DNA of 63,988 nucleotides, the filler included, from Perkinsus olseni (taxonomy: Eukaryota), in assembly GCA_013115125.1 (NCBI GenBank). It is 6 parts of 6 records of this genome, joined end to end, with 100 filler letters (N's around TTAATTAATTAA, not from the genome) between each part and the next. Parts side by side here need not be neighbours in the genome. Positions count along the whole stretch, not along the records: positions 43,255 to 53,895 come from JABANN010000865.1; positions 53,996 to 63,988 come from JABANN010000901.1; 4 more parts are not named here. One strand, 5' to 3'. Shown piece by piece: positions 48,720-61,299 of the stretch (positions are counted from its first letter, which is position 1; each line of letters starts with the position of its first letter). Made by a program: the position numbers and the translations under genes. The notes below the pieces were generated by a model. The model saw only the letters and a list, made by a program, of their open reading frames with translations, did not search any database and was not told where the DNA came from.

Positions 48720-50505
48720 ATGGCGAAGGCGGCTCAGAAGCAGCGGCGGGACGGGATACCAGAGACTATTACCACTGGAGGGCCGGAAGTATCTAAGGTT
48801 GAGCGGGGAAGATACGAACAAGGTCAGACGAGAGCTCCAAGGACGGATGCGAACAGGACAAGAAACGGCAAGAACCCACCCAAAGGCGAGAGCAAAGGGC
48901 GGAAAGCACCCAGCCTGAATTCAGAGCTAGTTGAGGACATGACGGCTTTACGGATGGGCAAGGCTCGGTTGGTGAGTAAAAATAAGAATAAGCCTAGCAA
49001 GTTGAAGGAGGTTATTCTGCATGACAAAGTCAACGATGATGGTGATGATGATACCAAGAGTTCCGATGGCCGTAACGTGCCTGAGATCACCGTACGACAC
49101 TACGTCCACCAGTAATACGGGAGGCTTAGGTGTCGTGTAGTTGGACATTGGAGAATGGCCGCTACTGGTAGAGCCGGTCCTGGGATTTCCTATATTTTCT
49201 CCATCATAGCAACCCTCGTTCCACGTTCGAGATGTAGGTCATTACTGCTTTCACTTACTGAAAGTAAGAGTTTTCGGCGTGAGGGACTCGACGGCGATGC
49301 ATTCGAACCTACATCGCTGCAAGGACCTGTTCACGGGCCTGTCATCGTGGCATTTTCCGTAAGGTATCTTTCACCAGAGCTCGACGCGTTGGTACAAGAC
49401 ATGCTCGAGGATCTGCATCGCTACCAGGAGAGAGCCAAGGAAAACCCGGCCAAGTTCAAGAAGCGTAAAAGATTCGTTACTGGCTTGCGTGAAGTGAGCA
49501 GAGCTCTCAGACTAGGGAAACTAAAAGGTAGTCGGGGTCGCCGGCCACGGGATTCAGTGAGTGAGGGCATCTACATCGGGGTCTCAACCTCCCCTTCTTA
49601 TTGTTGCATTACAGCGGAAATTTGGCACTTCGTGAAAGTGTACGAATCCACCACTTCGCTGGCAGTCTCCGGCAGCGGCATTGATAAGTTTTGTTTCCCC
49701 CCAAGCAACCCGTTCTGGGCGTAGCTCCATCGGGCATACGTCGGACACTTCACAGCATATGAATCATATGACACTTGAGGTTTGCATCGTGCACCGGTCA
49801 ACATTCCGCAATAGCGGCTCGTAAAACGCGCGTCTGGCTTCGTTTTTGCACCGGTTCGGTACTGAGTACCGGGTACTCATTTCTTTCGGTGTGACAGAAT
49901 CATCATAATTTTCCGTGCCCATTGGGAGATGATGAGCCTTCCCTGGCCGCTCAGGTGTCATCGTAGCACCGAATATGCACTCCTCCGAGTCAAGCGGTGG
50001 GCTGGATGAACGTGTTGTGGAGATAGTCGACGAGGCCTCTATGGGTGGTGGCAGCAGCGCCCCGGCAAAAAGTAGGCCGCAGCTCTGCCGTGCTTACTCC
50101 TCTTCAAAGGACCCTTCAACTTTGCTCACCATACAGCTTTTTCTGATATTTGCTCCTCCCGGCGGCCACAATTTTTCCTCAGATAAGCTCGACACAGATC
50201 GTCAAGCCGTTCCAGTAGTGTTCGCCTTGTCCAAGAATAGACTCGGTAGGTGAATCTGGCGGGCGGTTCGATTCATCGGCTGGTTCGTAGGCAAGGCTTG
50301 TGGCAAACCTGTTCGGCAGTGTGCAGTTGGCCTACTATCCGTTGAAGGCGCTGAGAGAAAATGGAAGCAGGTGAACGCCACACCGCGGTAGCGGAATCGT
50401 CATTATTCAGTTTTTCAGATTACCGAAATGACAGAGGATCTCCGACGCAAGTGGCTCGAGGAGCGGCTTCTGCGGCCGCCGATTAGTATCACGGAAGTGA
50501 CTTGA
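48720..50505 (+). CDS. SBP2: SECIS-binding protein 2-like (L7Ae domain)
   Basis: KPSKLKEVIL, RHYVHQYLSPELD, KKRKRFVTGLREV, VIVAPN, GGLD, VPVVFALSKNRLGKACGK. Confidence 0.85.
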
Positions 50506-51592
50506 AGGATTCGAACTTGTCTGGACACAAATGACCTTCCGCGGGAACTCCAAGTCGTTACTCGTGTTTTTGTGATGTACGATTCAGCCTCGAGTTTGTC
50601 TTCTGATTCGTGTTGTTGAAGTTGGTGGCAACCTGCCACTGGCAAGTCGCTGTGACAAATCGCTTGTGGAGTATACACGAGCAGGCGCCTGCCTTTGCAG
50701 CCTCGGATGGGCTTTATCAGCCGCGAGAAGCGTAGAATGACGTTCCACTACTGTCGCACCTCATCGAACACAACAGGGCTGACATGGCAAAGGCAGGAGA
50801 TCTTCATCATTAGGAGTATGCAATACCTACGAAGCATGCAGAAAGGAACGTGAAGAGCTTGACGAAAGAATGATGATCACCTTGAGGCTCAAGGCTTGAG
50901 CCCTTGCTCATCCCTACTCTACGTGCAGCTCCAGCAGCGACGGAGCGGGGGATGTTGCAAGATGTCTGAGCAAAGTGGCCATCTCCGGAGGTTGATCGAT
51001 ATACGTCGCTCTGGGAGATACCACATCTGGGAGGGACACGGGACGGCAAAGCAGGCCTCCCGACGAGTTCAACTGAACGAGGAGAATTTTTATCAATGGC
51101 AAATAGGCTCGTCAGGGGAAGAACTGTACGGGAAACATCGACTAACACGCTGGAATGGTCTAGTTGGTTATGACGACTGCCTAACACGCAGCAGGTCCCG
51201 AGTTCGACTCTCGGTTCCAGTATTAATTTGGGTGTTTTGCCGAGCTCAGAAATAATCGAGTGCCTACGCGTTGCCTCTCTGGGTGAAGCTGCGTCAGCAG
51301 AGTCATGACAGCTAGTAAGTCCGACCTATCATATGAAACCCCCGCATCCAGCTTTGCGAACAAGATGCTAGGCATCTTGTTATACCTCGGATGCCCCGAT
51401 GCCTGTATAAGCCGGCGGGGATGCGACGAAAGCCAGGGTAACATTTTCGATGGAACGGGGCGTATGTGACATGGGAACTGAACCCAACGCGGAAGACAGC
51501 GTTCGATAAAGTTTTACATCCAAAGAACGCAGAGGGGCAAAAGAGATGAACAATGAAGAGGCGGTACCGTTCCACGGTTCAAAGAACCTCTG

Positions 51593-53068
51593 CTAACAGT
51601 CCATGCAGTCCTTTTTCTCCACCTTCTCTCCACCCGCGAGGGAGGGTTCATCGAGTCTTCTTTTTCTTGGCTGGCTCAAGCTGCGAACCTCTTGGGGTTG
51701 ACCGGCCTCGTGTGGGTCGTACACACCTTTAACGCCGTCAGAAATGAAAGGGGTATAAGCGAGCTGGACTCTTATGCTTGGCTTGCCCGGATCAGAAGGT
51801 TCGGCACCAAGACGCAGCTCGAAGTGACCGCCATCCATGCCCGATCTATGCAGTCTGATGGATTCAAGAGTGAGGTTGTTGATACCGAATGCCCGACCGG
51901 CTGCAGTGAGGGAGGCCTCGACTTCGGCCTGGTTCAGGGGGTCTGTAAGACCGGCGAAGATGTAGCAGTCATCACAACCCTTCCTCACAAGCGGCATCAG
52001 AGGGAGGATGAGGACGTTGGATGGGGGATTGTTCTCGGTGGCATTGACGAACTGGAAGTACGTCGTAGGTGCACCGGTTGGGCTCAATGCCGAAGAGGCC
52101 AAGCTCAACTCAACGAGTTGCCGACCTTCCTCATTCGTTCGCAAGGTTAGAGACACTAAATAGAACGGCCCAGTGTCGTCCGAGTTCACCAAGGACCCAA
52201 GTGGCAGCTCCCCAACGTCAGCGAGAGGAAGAGACTCGAGGAGGTCTTCAACCCTCGAGGGGACTTCCATCTCTTCAAGACCTTGGATTCCAACTCCGGC
52301 AATCCGAAGAGGAAATGGAGCTGTCAATATCCTGGCAGTTGTGAGGGCCGTGGACCTCCCTTCTGGAGCAGTTGCAGCGATGGCATTCCGGCTTGCTGTG
52401 GCAGTTGTAAGGGTCATCTCCTTCCGTGTTACACCAGCTGGGGGAATCGCAGCTTTTGATGTCGTCGAGGTTCGCGGGCGATCGTCTCGAAGGATATTTG
52501 TAGACTCTAACCGGGGATTTCTCTCCGCATGTTTCTCTATCACTATAGGGTGCATCAAGATCTGGTATGCGTCGTTACTGAGAGTATAAGGGAAGATGTA
52601 CCAGCTCCCGTCTACTGAGCACAGCTTCAATTGCTCAACACATACGTTTGAAGCTTGGGGGATTGAGAAAGTGGCATAGCTTCTCTCGAGTTCTGTCTCG
52701 AGCAGCTCATTCAAGCCGGTAGGCTTATAGCACCGATCGACCCTCCTCATATCACCAGGGCCGAACGCTGCTTTCACATGGGAAAGGGAAGCAACAGAGC
52801 CCCAGTTGACTCCAGCAATGGTAATCATCGTCGATTCCCCATTCACCGCTTTACCGCTGAATTTCATAGCGCCAGGGGTAACATCATGAAGAGCGCCTGC
52901 CGAGCCCACGTTCAGGGCAATGCTCTTGAGAGTACCAATAGGACGGGTTGAATCCACCAGACCTTCATAGTGACCGGCTTCGATGCACGGAGGAGTGGCA
53001 CCCACGAGATCTATGAGGGCGAGTAGGAGAGATATGACGGAATAACGGGCGTGTCGGAGAGCTAGCAT
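51593..53068 (-). CDS. Intronless putative secreted protein of unknown function
   Basis: Long ORF; signal-like MLALRHARYSVISLLLALIDLVGA; two globular regions with a Thr/Ala linker; PRKRRL near the C-terminus. Confidence 0.75.
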   Translation of the reverse strand: MLALRHARYSVISLLLALIDLVGATPPCIEAGHYEGLVDSTRPIGTLKSIALNVGSAGALHDVTPGAMKFSGKAVNGESTMITIAGVNWGSVASLSHVKAAFGPGDMRRVDRCYKPTGLNELLETELERSYATFSIPQASNVCVEQLKLCSVDGSWYIFPYTLSNDAYQILMHPIVIEKHAERNPRLESTNILRDDRPRTSTTSKAAIPPAGVTRKEMTLTTATASRNAIAATAPEGRSTALTTARILTAPFPLRIAGVGIQGLEEMEVPSRVEDLLESLPLADVGELPLGSLVNSDDTGPFYLVSLTLRTNEEGRQLVELSLASSALSPTGAPTTYFQFVNATENNPPSNVLILPLMPLVRKGCDDCYIFAGLTDPLNQAEVEASLTAAGRAFGINNLTLESIRLHRSGMDGGHFELRLGAEPSDPGKPSIRVQLAYTPFISDGVKGVYDPHEAGQPQEVRSLSQPRKRRLDEPSLAGGEKVEKKDCMDC

Positions 53069-53995
53069 TGATACAGGAGTACTATACCCACCGCGGGCGT
53101 CGTGACTGCGCAGTCGTCCAGTACAGAATGGCTCGCCTAGCCAATGACGGGAGAACCTATGAGGGAACAGTCCGGAGCAGTCCTGCAGCTTTGCATGATC
53201 ACAGGCTAGCGACGGAAGTTGGTCAGCCTCGGGCGGACGTTTCATCACCGTTTCCACTCGAAGTCTCTTCACCTGCATCTCACATGTCGACGTCGAGATC
53301 AAACCCCACGTAGGGAAGCCCTCAAGGAACCTAAGCATGAAACACAGATTAATACCTTGCTCTTCGTGCTACGAAGAAATTCCCGCCCGGATGGGACTCG
53401 GATGAGGAACATACCTGTGAGGCCACTGGCCCTACCGCTAGTCAGTGCGGCGTGTACGAAGTTACTGAGTCCCGATGCCTTCTGAAGCCTCAGCTCTCGG
53501 AACCCTAATCGTCTATACAACAGTCTCAGCGAGAATTTCTCGCCCCTCAACGCAACACGAGAGAGGACGTTCATTGCTAAGCATTTTCACAAGAACATTG
53601 TCCGAGCCACGACTGGCGCACTATCCGAGTTAACTTGCTCAGTGATACCACCAAAACCACCTTCCCTTCCAGTCTGGAAGGGAAGACAAACCCTGTCGGT
53701 TTGTTCTACATACCCTGTTGGGTCTGGAAGTTCCAGACCCAACAGGGTATGGGAAACACCGCTAATGAAAGGGAAACTTCAGGATATCAGCAAGACCAAT
53801 TTTCAACGAACTCTAGCCAGGTAATGAGGAGTACCGTTTAGGTACGGAAGGTGAAATAGCAGCGCACAGGAGATGATGTTGTCGTTTCGGGCGAGNNNNN
53901 NNNNNNNNNNNNNNNNNNNNNNNNNNNNNNNNNNNNNNNTTAATTAATTAANNNNNNNNNNNNNNNNNNNNNNNNNNNNNNNNNNNNNNNNNNNN

Positions 53996-54420
53996 TCGGT
54001 GGCCACGGCGGCTGTGCTATTCTTGCTCTCTTCTCTCATGCTACACCTTACGTCAAGTTGGATGAGAACACCATCGAGGCTTTGGATCAACACGTCCAGA
54101 CTGCTGTCACTGAAGTCGTCGATGCTCTCGCTGGTGCAGGTTCAGCCTCTCTGTCTATGGCCTACTCTGCTGCTGAGTTGGTTGACGTCGTCATCCGTGG
54201 CTTGAAAGGAGGACAGCACACTTCGGCCTGTGCCTACGTCAACTGGCCTTACCAAGGCTGTGACTTCTTCGCCCAGGTTACCAACTTTGGTCCTCAGGGT
54301 ATCGAAGGAGTACAAAAAATTGACAACTTGAGGCCATTCGAAGAGAAGAGGATTGCCGAGTCTGTTGAGAAGGTGAAGGAGGACGTGAAGAAGGGTGTGG
54401 AGTACGCAGACTCGCATTAA
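53996..54420 (+). CDS. mdh: Malate dehydrogenase, C-terminal part (5' truncated)
   Basis: GGH catalytic motif, TEVV..AGAGSASLSMAY, FFA..FGPQGIE. Confidence 0.85.
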
Positions 54421-54795
54421 TAATAATACCAACAAGTTCATATTTTGTTTAATATTCAGTAGTATCCGCCTATTATTAGGATATTCAGTAGTAGTTGCTA
54501 CCATCTACTCTCATTATTATAAAGCTGTATTATCAAGGCTTAGTGGGGCCTCCTATGAGACCTTCTTCAATGACAACAACAGCACGCTTAGAGTTGGGTT
54601 GCAAAGTTTGAAGTGGTTGATGCTGACAGCATCAGCCAAATAAGGGCTAGCTCACGCCACTATAACTTCTTCGCGCAGCCGGGTTAACGTAACGAGTTCA
54701 ATCCAACACTTGCACGGTTATAACGAGAGTGATGGTGGTGCAGAAGACTATTCATACGATGCCATAAAATATTGTCAATTTACTCATCGTCAACT

Positions 54796-55756
54796 TCAGG
54801 TGGATGATGACGTTGATGACGACGACGACGATGCAGTCGCTCCTTCCGTATCAGTAGCTGCTCTCGGTCGTCCAGGTCGGTCAGAACCAGCTTCTTCCGA
54901 CGGGTTCCACAGGTCCACTAAGCGCTCCTCAAGAATAAACCTAAGGACTTCACATCAGTTCCTTCGTAGTGGAGACCCCTGCCTTACCGATGCTCCTTGT
55001 ACTTCTGGTCGTCCTCGAACGCTTCCTCGTATGTCCAGCCAATGTTCTCGAGGCACTTGACACAAAAACATACTCTGACAGGAGCCAACTCATCCATACC
55101 CTCCCGCCCTCAAGCTCACTAGGTTCACTGGTTACCTTATAGAATGCATTCCAGTGGTCATGATGGTGTCCTCCTGCGGTCCGAATACAACATTCACCAC
55201 CGAGTCCAACAGCAAGGCAGTGCCAGTCCGACCGCGGAAGTTCGAACCTGACTCAGGTTACGCGCTGCTCAGTCACAACTTTCGATGCTACACAAGGCCC
55301 GACTGAGACTCCGTAAGGCGATACATGAGAAGAGCTAGTCTATGTCAGACTGGGCCCATCAACTTGAGGAGGTCAGCCAAAATTCATACTGCGCCATCAT
55401 CACCCTTTCTAGGAGGACCTCTCACTGTGTGCTACCACCACTTCATGAAATCATGCAAGATAGAGAATCGACCAAGCTCCGTAGAAATGATTACAGATCC
55501 ACACGGAACCAAGCGTTACATAAAGAAGTGGGGAAATAGACGCTTTGACATTGTGTTTTTCTCGATGAATATGATACACCAAGAATGGCAATTCTGAAGA
55601 CCTACTCAGCAAGTGGCTCCGCCGGGCGAGGTGAGTGTGACAGTTAGCACAGCGGTAGATGGAGCCCAGGCTTCGTAGGAAGCTGCCATCGGATGAGGAT
55701 GGCCCGAAGGGGTCTTGCTCAGGCTCGTCCAAGGAGACGATGAATAGTCTACCCAT
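54796..55756 (-). CDS. Yippee/YPEL zinc-binding protein, multi-exon
   Basis: MGRLF, YRCANCHTHL, FRGRTG, MTTGMH, FCVKCLENIGWTYE, QKYKE, FILE. Confidence 0.92.
55341..55407 (-). ncRNA. Candidate intronic box C/D snoRNA
   Basis: GTGATGA (C), 20 nt, CTGA (D'), TGATGG (C'), CTGA (D), on the sense strand of the long Yippee intron. Confidence 0.4.
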
Positions 55757-56479
55757 TGAAAGGATAGCAATTCATCGACTACAGGTGGCTTCAAGCGGGC
55801 GTCTTTACCACCAACGAGATTTTTATTACGCAAAAAGTTACGAACGGCAGCTCTGTTTGAGACCCTCAGGGGACTTTGACTATAACCCAACGCAGGATCG
55901 GATGACGTCAACTTGAAGGGAACATGTGCTATGGTGAACGGGCTACACCACCGCCATCACTGGCCGCCATGGCACGGTTGATGTCCGCTAGGAGATCAGC
56001 GGGGCTCGTACCCGCGTAGGCGAAGACAGGTGCCGCGAAGGGAGCGTAACTGCAGAAAGATCTCTCCGGCCAATCCCATCTGTTCGTTCTGCCTTACCAC
56101 GCTAGGACCGAGTCCAACCTGGACTGCCGCAAGGGGCGGGCGAAAATATAGCTGCACGCTTCGTGATTCCTAGCGAGCCGTTCCAGCGGGCCGCTGTCGT
56201 CATCGCCGTCCACCGTCCGATGCGGTCGGCCCACCCGGTAGAGCAAGAATAAAAGAACGGCTAAGAGAGGTATCGCTGAGGGAAAACAACAGATGCTGAC
56301 GGCACCTTGACGACGTAGAAGAGCCCGAGAACGCAAATCCTCCAGCCTCGCTGCTCCTAGCTCAGTGGCGGCCAGGATGATACCGTAGGGAGGAATCACC
56401 TGCGGACACCTGACGCGGCACCAGCGACGCCCTCCCTACCTGGGTTACTCTCCCGACGGCTTCATTCATCGATATTGCC

Positions 56480-58420
56480 AAGTCGAATGCAAGACCAGAC
56501 CGTCGAACAGCTTGTTCGGTTACCAACTGGTCCTGAACAACGGAGTGCTGAACTGCCCTCAGGTTGTGGCGGGCCTTACTGCAGCGAAGGGCTCCACGAT
56601 CAAGGCCCGAGGCCTGGCACTGGACAAGTGGGCAGGCCGGAGCCTCTCCTTGAACCCCCCCAACTTCTGTGCACGTAGCACTTTACCACTCCGGAACATC
56701 AGAACATACGGTAACTGTGAGAAAATCAATCAACACCATAAGGCTCGCTCGAGGACGTCATAACCACCCGGTGACGCTACTTCCATTTTGATAGAGAACT
56801 CCCTCCGGAAAAGCGAGCTCTGCGTCCCTTCAGTCTGCACGAGCTGCACAGCATCTTCACGTCCTTCCATCCGCAGCAACGCCTTCACCCGCTCACCCAG
56901 GAGCCTGCCGTGTCTACAGAGTAACGGTGCTGAATCCCGAGTGCATCCTAGAGGCCCACGAGTTGTGCTCCCCTGCCGCATAGGAGGCAAACACCAGCAC
57001 AACCAACAGCCCCTTCCCAGAAGCCTTGCTCATGTGCAGAGCCTTCTCTTGGGTGACGAATGGTACCTTCAAGAGGATGATGACCATGCAGCCCGCGGAG
57101 AGGGCGAGGTCCGCACTGTCTCCAGAGCGTCCAACTCCCGCCGCCTTAGTATTGGCTCGGTGTACTTCCCTGACCACTGTTTGATTGTAGTAGCTCTCGA
57201 GTAACGTGGATTGGCTCGGACTGAGACCAGGCCCCTCAGCCGCCAAACAGCCCAACCACCTCCCACCTAGCTTCGAGTGTAGATCCTTTTCGCTTTTGTA
57301 AGGCACCCTTCCATCGAGCAGTCTGCTCATTACTCCCTCGACACTCTCATCAGGGTCCTTCACCTCCTTCAGTAGCCCTGTACCTGACGACACTACCACT
57401 CCTGTTAGTCTTACAGCAGGCTCCCTACAGCTCGGCGACACCTTCAGCACCTTCCCTATACCATCGCTCAACAGGTTTAGCTCAGACTTCGCTTTCGTCA
57501 GCTGCTCCGCCGATTGAAGCCCAACCTTCTCGCTACCTACAGGAGAGCCACACCCGCTACGGTATTCCCGGCGACGAGGAAGCAAGACTTAGGGAGTACA
57601 CGACGCGGCAGAGTAACCAAGAAGATGCGAGTCTTCTGGCATTGTACTCACAACGGAGGTCGAAAAACGGCTCTCAGCGATTCGGTCGTACCCGTATACT
57701 GAGGCAGTGCTGCCAAGGAGGCGCGAGCCTTGAAGCCATCACCAATAGGCCCTATCTCGAAGGTACTTTGAACTCCAGGCCCGGTGAGGGCTACGTCGCA
57801 GTTTCTCCGGGAACTCTGAGACCAACACAGCCGGTTCAATGGGTCGCACCATCGACCACCGACCCATACCAACTTATCCTCGCAAAATTGGATCACCAGG
57901 CGCCACAAGGAATACTACTAGTCTACTACTACTGCTGGTAGTGAAGATAACGAACCCAGTAGTGTACTGGCTCATACGGGCTACTCTCAGTCCGGGGCAT
58001 GCAAGATGATTCATGGGCCCATCGATTCAGCCCCCCCAATCCGTGGCCTACATTGTATGCTATCGTTAGACTGTCGTTGAGCACGAGGTCAGCTTTGAAA
58101 GCAGTATCAGACTTCACCTCATGGACTCTCATCTGTGCCCCTGGGCCCTTGAATAATACCTTACCTAACCGTACCTCGACCAGCGCACTTCATCCAGTTG
58201 CCCTACTTCGAGTCCTCTCAAGACGTTCATCAGGCGTGGCAGCCCAGCCGACACCCCACTCATCGAAGACACCTATAAGGGTGCGTTCCGGAGTGTCATC
58301 GTAGATGAGGGCGCTGAATCTCCTGCTGCTTCGGCCATGACTGTTGATGCACACCGCCTTACGTCCCGAGGGATAGTACCTGAGGGACAAGAATCAGACA
58401 GACCACGGCATCCTGGTGAG
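56480..58420 (-). CDS. Multi-exon protein, possible FAM194/ERICH6-type domain
   Basis: Exon YYPSGRKAVC..ALIYDD..LIGVFDEWGVG plus further exon-like ORFs. Confidence 0.4.
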
Positions 58421-58851
58421 CGTCTGACGATAACACTAATCGCCTCAGGGGTACTCTAAAGCCTCTCGTGCGCCGGGAGAATACTATCCTCAGGATAGGA
58501 TCGAGCACTTCGAGAAGGATGTACAGTAGCAGCCCCCAAGGCAGTACCCGAAGCCAGAGCCATCAGTCTGTCTGAGTACTGCAGGGCATCCCGAGGAATA
58601 CCTCAATACAACAGCATCATAGACAGGTGGATAGTGGTGTGAGGTGCCAGTGGAGGCCCCTCGACTAGGAAAGGGCAGTAGGACCATCCCCAACACTACG
58701 GCCGCCACTCTCCCACCCTCCACGTTACCAAACTCAATCCCGCCGTGTATTGGTATCAATTATAGCAGTGCAGTCTTACATCCGAGAGTGCTCTTAAAAA
58801 ACTACCGCCTCACTGCTGTCAGATACTCAACGTTAGCAGCTGCTGGCGGCC

Positions 58852-60830
58852 TCATAGAGCCGTGATGGTGCGGTCTGTTGGTACTGATACGGAGGCTACT
58901 GAATGGACCTTCGAGGACAAGTCAAGGGCAGAGTCTATGTTGACTTGAGATGGTGAGATAGGGCCATCACCGGCCGGTATCTGACGAACGAGCATCGCTG
59001 GGATTGAGGGAATCCTTGCAGTTACCGTGACGATTTCACCAATTTGTGGTATGCTATCTCGGACACTACTGTCCATACTCTTCACGCTCTTCTGAACAGC
59101 GTCCACTACTGACAGAGGCGCCTCTCGCAAGCCTACCACGCCACCGCCGCTAGCTCCGGTTCTGGGGCAAAATCCGTTAGGCAGCATGAGCTTTCCTTCC
59201 GTTCCAAAGTCAGGAGTCCAGCGGCGTGCACGACCCTTGAGAGATCCGATTCGAGGCAAGCCCTTCGGGATGACCTGCGGCAACACGTTCCACTCTTCGA
59301 CGCTTCTCCCAGGACCCACAACAGTGCCCAGTTTCCTGTCGAATTGAGAGCCTCGCCGGCGCCACTTGAATACGCCATGCTTCACGTTTCCTGCTGAGCC
59401 TCGGTAATACGGGTTGTCGATGCAGCCATGCTCTGAGGAGTAAACCCCCTTGATCTGCTCGTACCTGCCATCGACCGCCATATTATAGCACTACGGTGCT
59501 TAGTGAGTCCCCGTACGTTGTTTGTGCTGTGAGCAGGAGGTAGGTGTGATAGCCGGTGAGGCCCAGAATGAACCACATGAAGAGACCACAGTAGATGAGT
59601 ATTATCAAAGTAACGGGGGAATCCGCTATGGCATCTGAGTTAGTGATGTAATGATGTCCAGGACGGCTGGTGCGATGGCTACTTCCAAAGCCCTGATCAT
59701 TCTCAGCTGACAGCTCCACGTAGTGCGCTATCGAAAGGGATAGCGCCCAGAGTGTCAGAATTGTAGTACAGAGTAGGAAAACGTAGAAGACTCTGAGAAA
59801 GAGCGAGAAGATTGGGGCGCCGGTCTCGCTAGGGCCACGAGGATCGGCACAAAGCACAGACGAAAGACGCGCGAGCTTCGCGTCAGGCTGCTGGGGCTGC
59901 CACTGGTTGACGACATTCGGTAACCCATGGCATAATAATAACGCACAGGTATCGAGGTCCCGTCAATGTTTTAACGTTCTGTGGATTCATGGGAAAGCAG
60001 ATCACGAGTCTCTGCGGCCCATTTCACTCTGCAAGGGCTTAGCGCGGGGAAACGAGAATGCTTCAACGACGCTTCTCGGAAGTGCAGGTAGGGACTGACC
60101 CGTAGTTCCCCTCGGCGATACAGTTGCCGACCCAAGGGCAGTGGTGATCGAACCGTTGTATGCAGATGTTACATACGGAGCAATGAGTTGTCCTAGGTGG
60201 CCGATAAATGTGACAAGTCGTGCAGTACCTGACTCCAATGGCTGGTCGCAAGGTAGGCTGTCGAGTGCAATGGTACTACTTCAATCGAAATGGGTGACAG
60301 CTAATAGCGCAATCCTGAAACCGTGCCGGAGGCCTCGTCCGGTGCTGAGAGGTAGGTTCGCTACAACGGAAACAAACTGCCGCCCGGTTACCTCTGCGGT
60401 CGCTGGGTCCAGGTATTCCGCATGATGCTCGAGTCGCGGTATAATACCCGGGTCCGAGTAAATGGTCATCATTAACAAACATAGAGTCACAAATTGCAGT
60501 AGGACAAACAGAACACCGTTGGCCCAGCCAAACGTCTGAGGCGAAAGCGCGTGAGCAAGCACGGGAATCGGTTGAGACCTACCGGTGCTACAAATATATC
60601 TGCCAATACAGCCGGCACTAGGATGGCGAAGAACGTACCATAACCCTGATACCAGTCTGGTCTGAAAGCAATCCCCACACTCTTTGGGGGTCCAAATTGC
60701 GTAGTCCAAAGTTATGCAGTACCCAGTAAGGAGCAACCCTCGGAACCAGATCTTCACGTCACCATAGCAGGGCCTAGCGACGTACGAGAGGCCTGAGATG
60801 CAGTGAAATTGACTCTGATAGACACATCAC
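58852..60830 (-). CDS. DHHC palmitoyl acyltransferase (ERF2/ZDHHC9-like); ends uncertain
   Basis: [55 protein letters not shown]. Confidence 0.95.
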
Positions 60831-60878
60831 CTCGTCTTTTAATGGAACGCGCGCTTCAGGATGCCCAATAAATTAACA

Positions 60879-60949
60879 GCGCTCGTAGTGTAACGGTATC
60901 ATACAAGCTTCCCATGCTTGTGACCCGGGTTCGACTCCCGGCGGGCGCA
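60879..60949 (+). tRNA. tRNA-Gly(CCC)
   Basis: GCGCTCG/CGGGCGC-A acceptor, CAAGC-TTCCCAT-GCTTG anticodon arm, followed by TTTTT Pol III terminator. Confidence 0.95.
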
Positions 60950-61299
60950 GTTTTTCCTTTATTTTTCGAGGCAGCCTCAGCTCAATCGTCTGCATCTCAC
61001 TTGCATTCTCCACTGGAAAACCAGGATGGCTACTCGACTGAAGGCTTCCTGGGCCCCGCCTTTTCATCTCGTACCCACTCGACGAATTACCAGAATCTCT
61101 CAATGATGCTAGCCGTGGGTCTGACGAGCCATTTTGAATACTCATGCCCCTCGGCCTACCACGGAGAAAAAGCAATTACATCGAATCCCGCAGTGACCAC
61201 CGCTCTGTTATCACGCAACAAGATCTTCTTGCGCGTTGGGATGAATCGTCACAAAAGAATAAACGTACGGTCACTGGAATAACATGACAAACACGCATA

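Noticed and set aside
22540-50505. UCA tRNA plus SBP2 as a linked selenocysteine or recoding locus
   Set aside because: They are on different contigs separated by artificial linkers, and the tRNA lacks the long variable arm of tRNA-Sec
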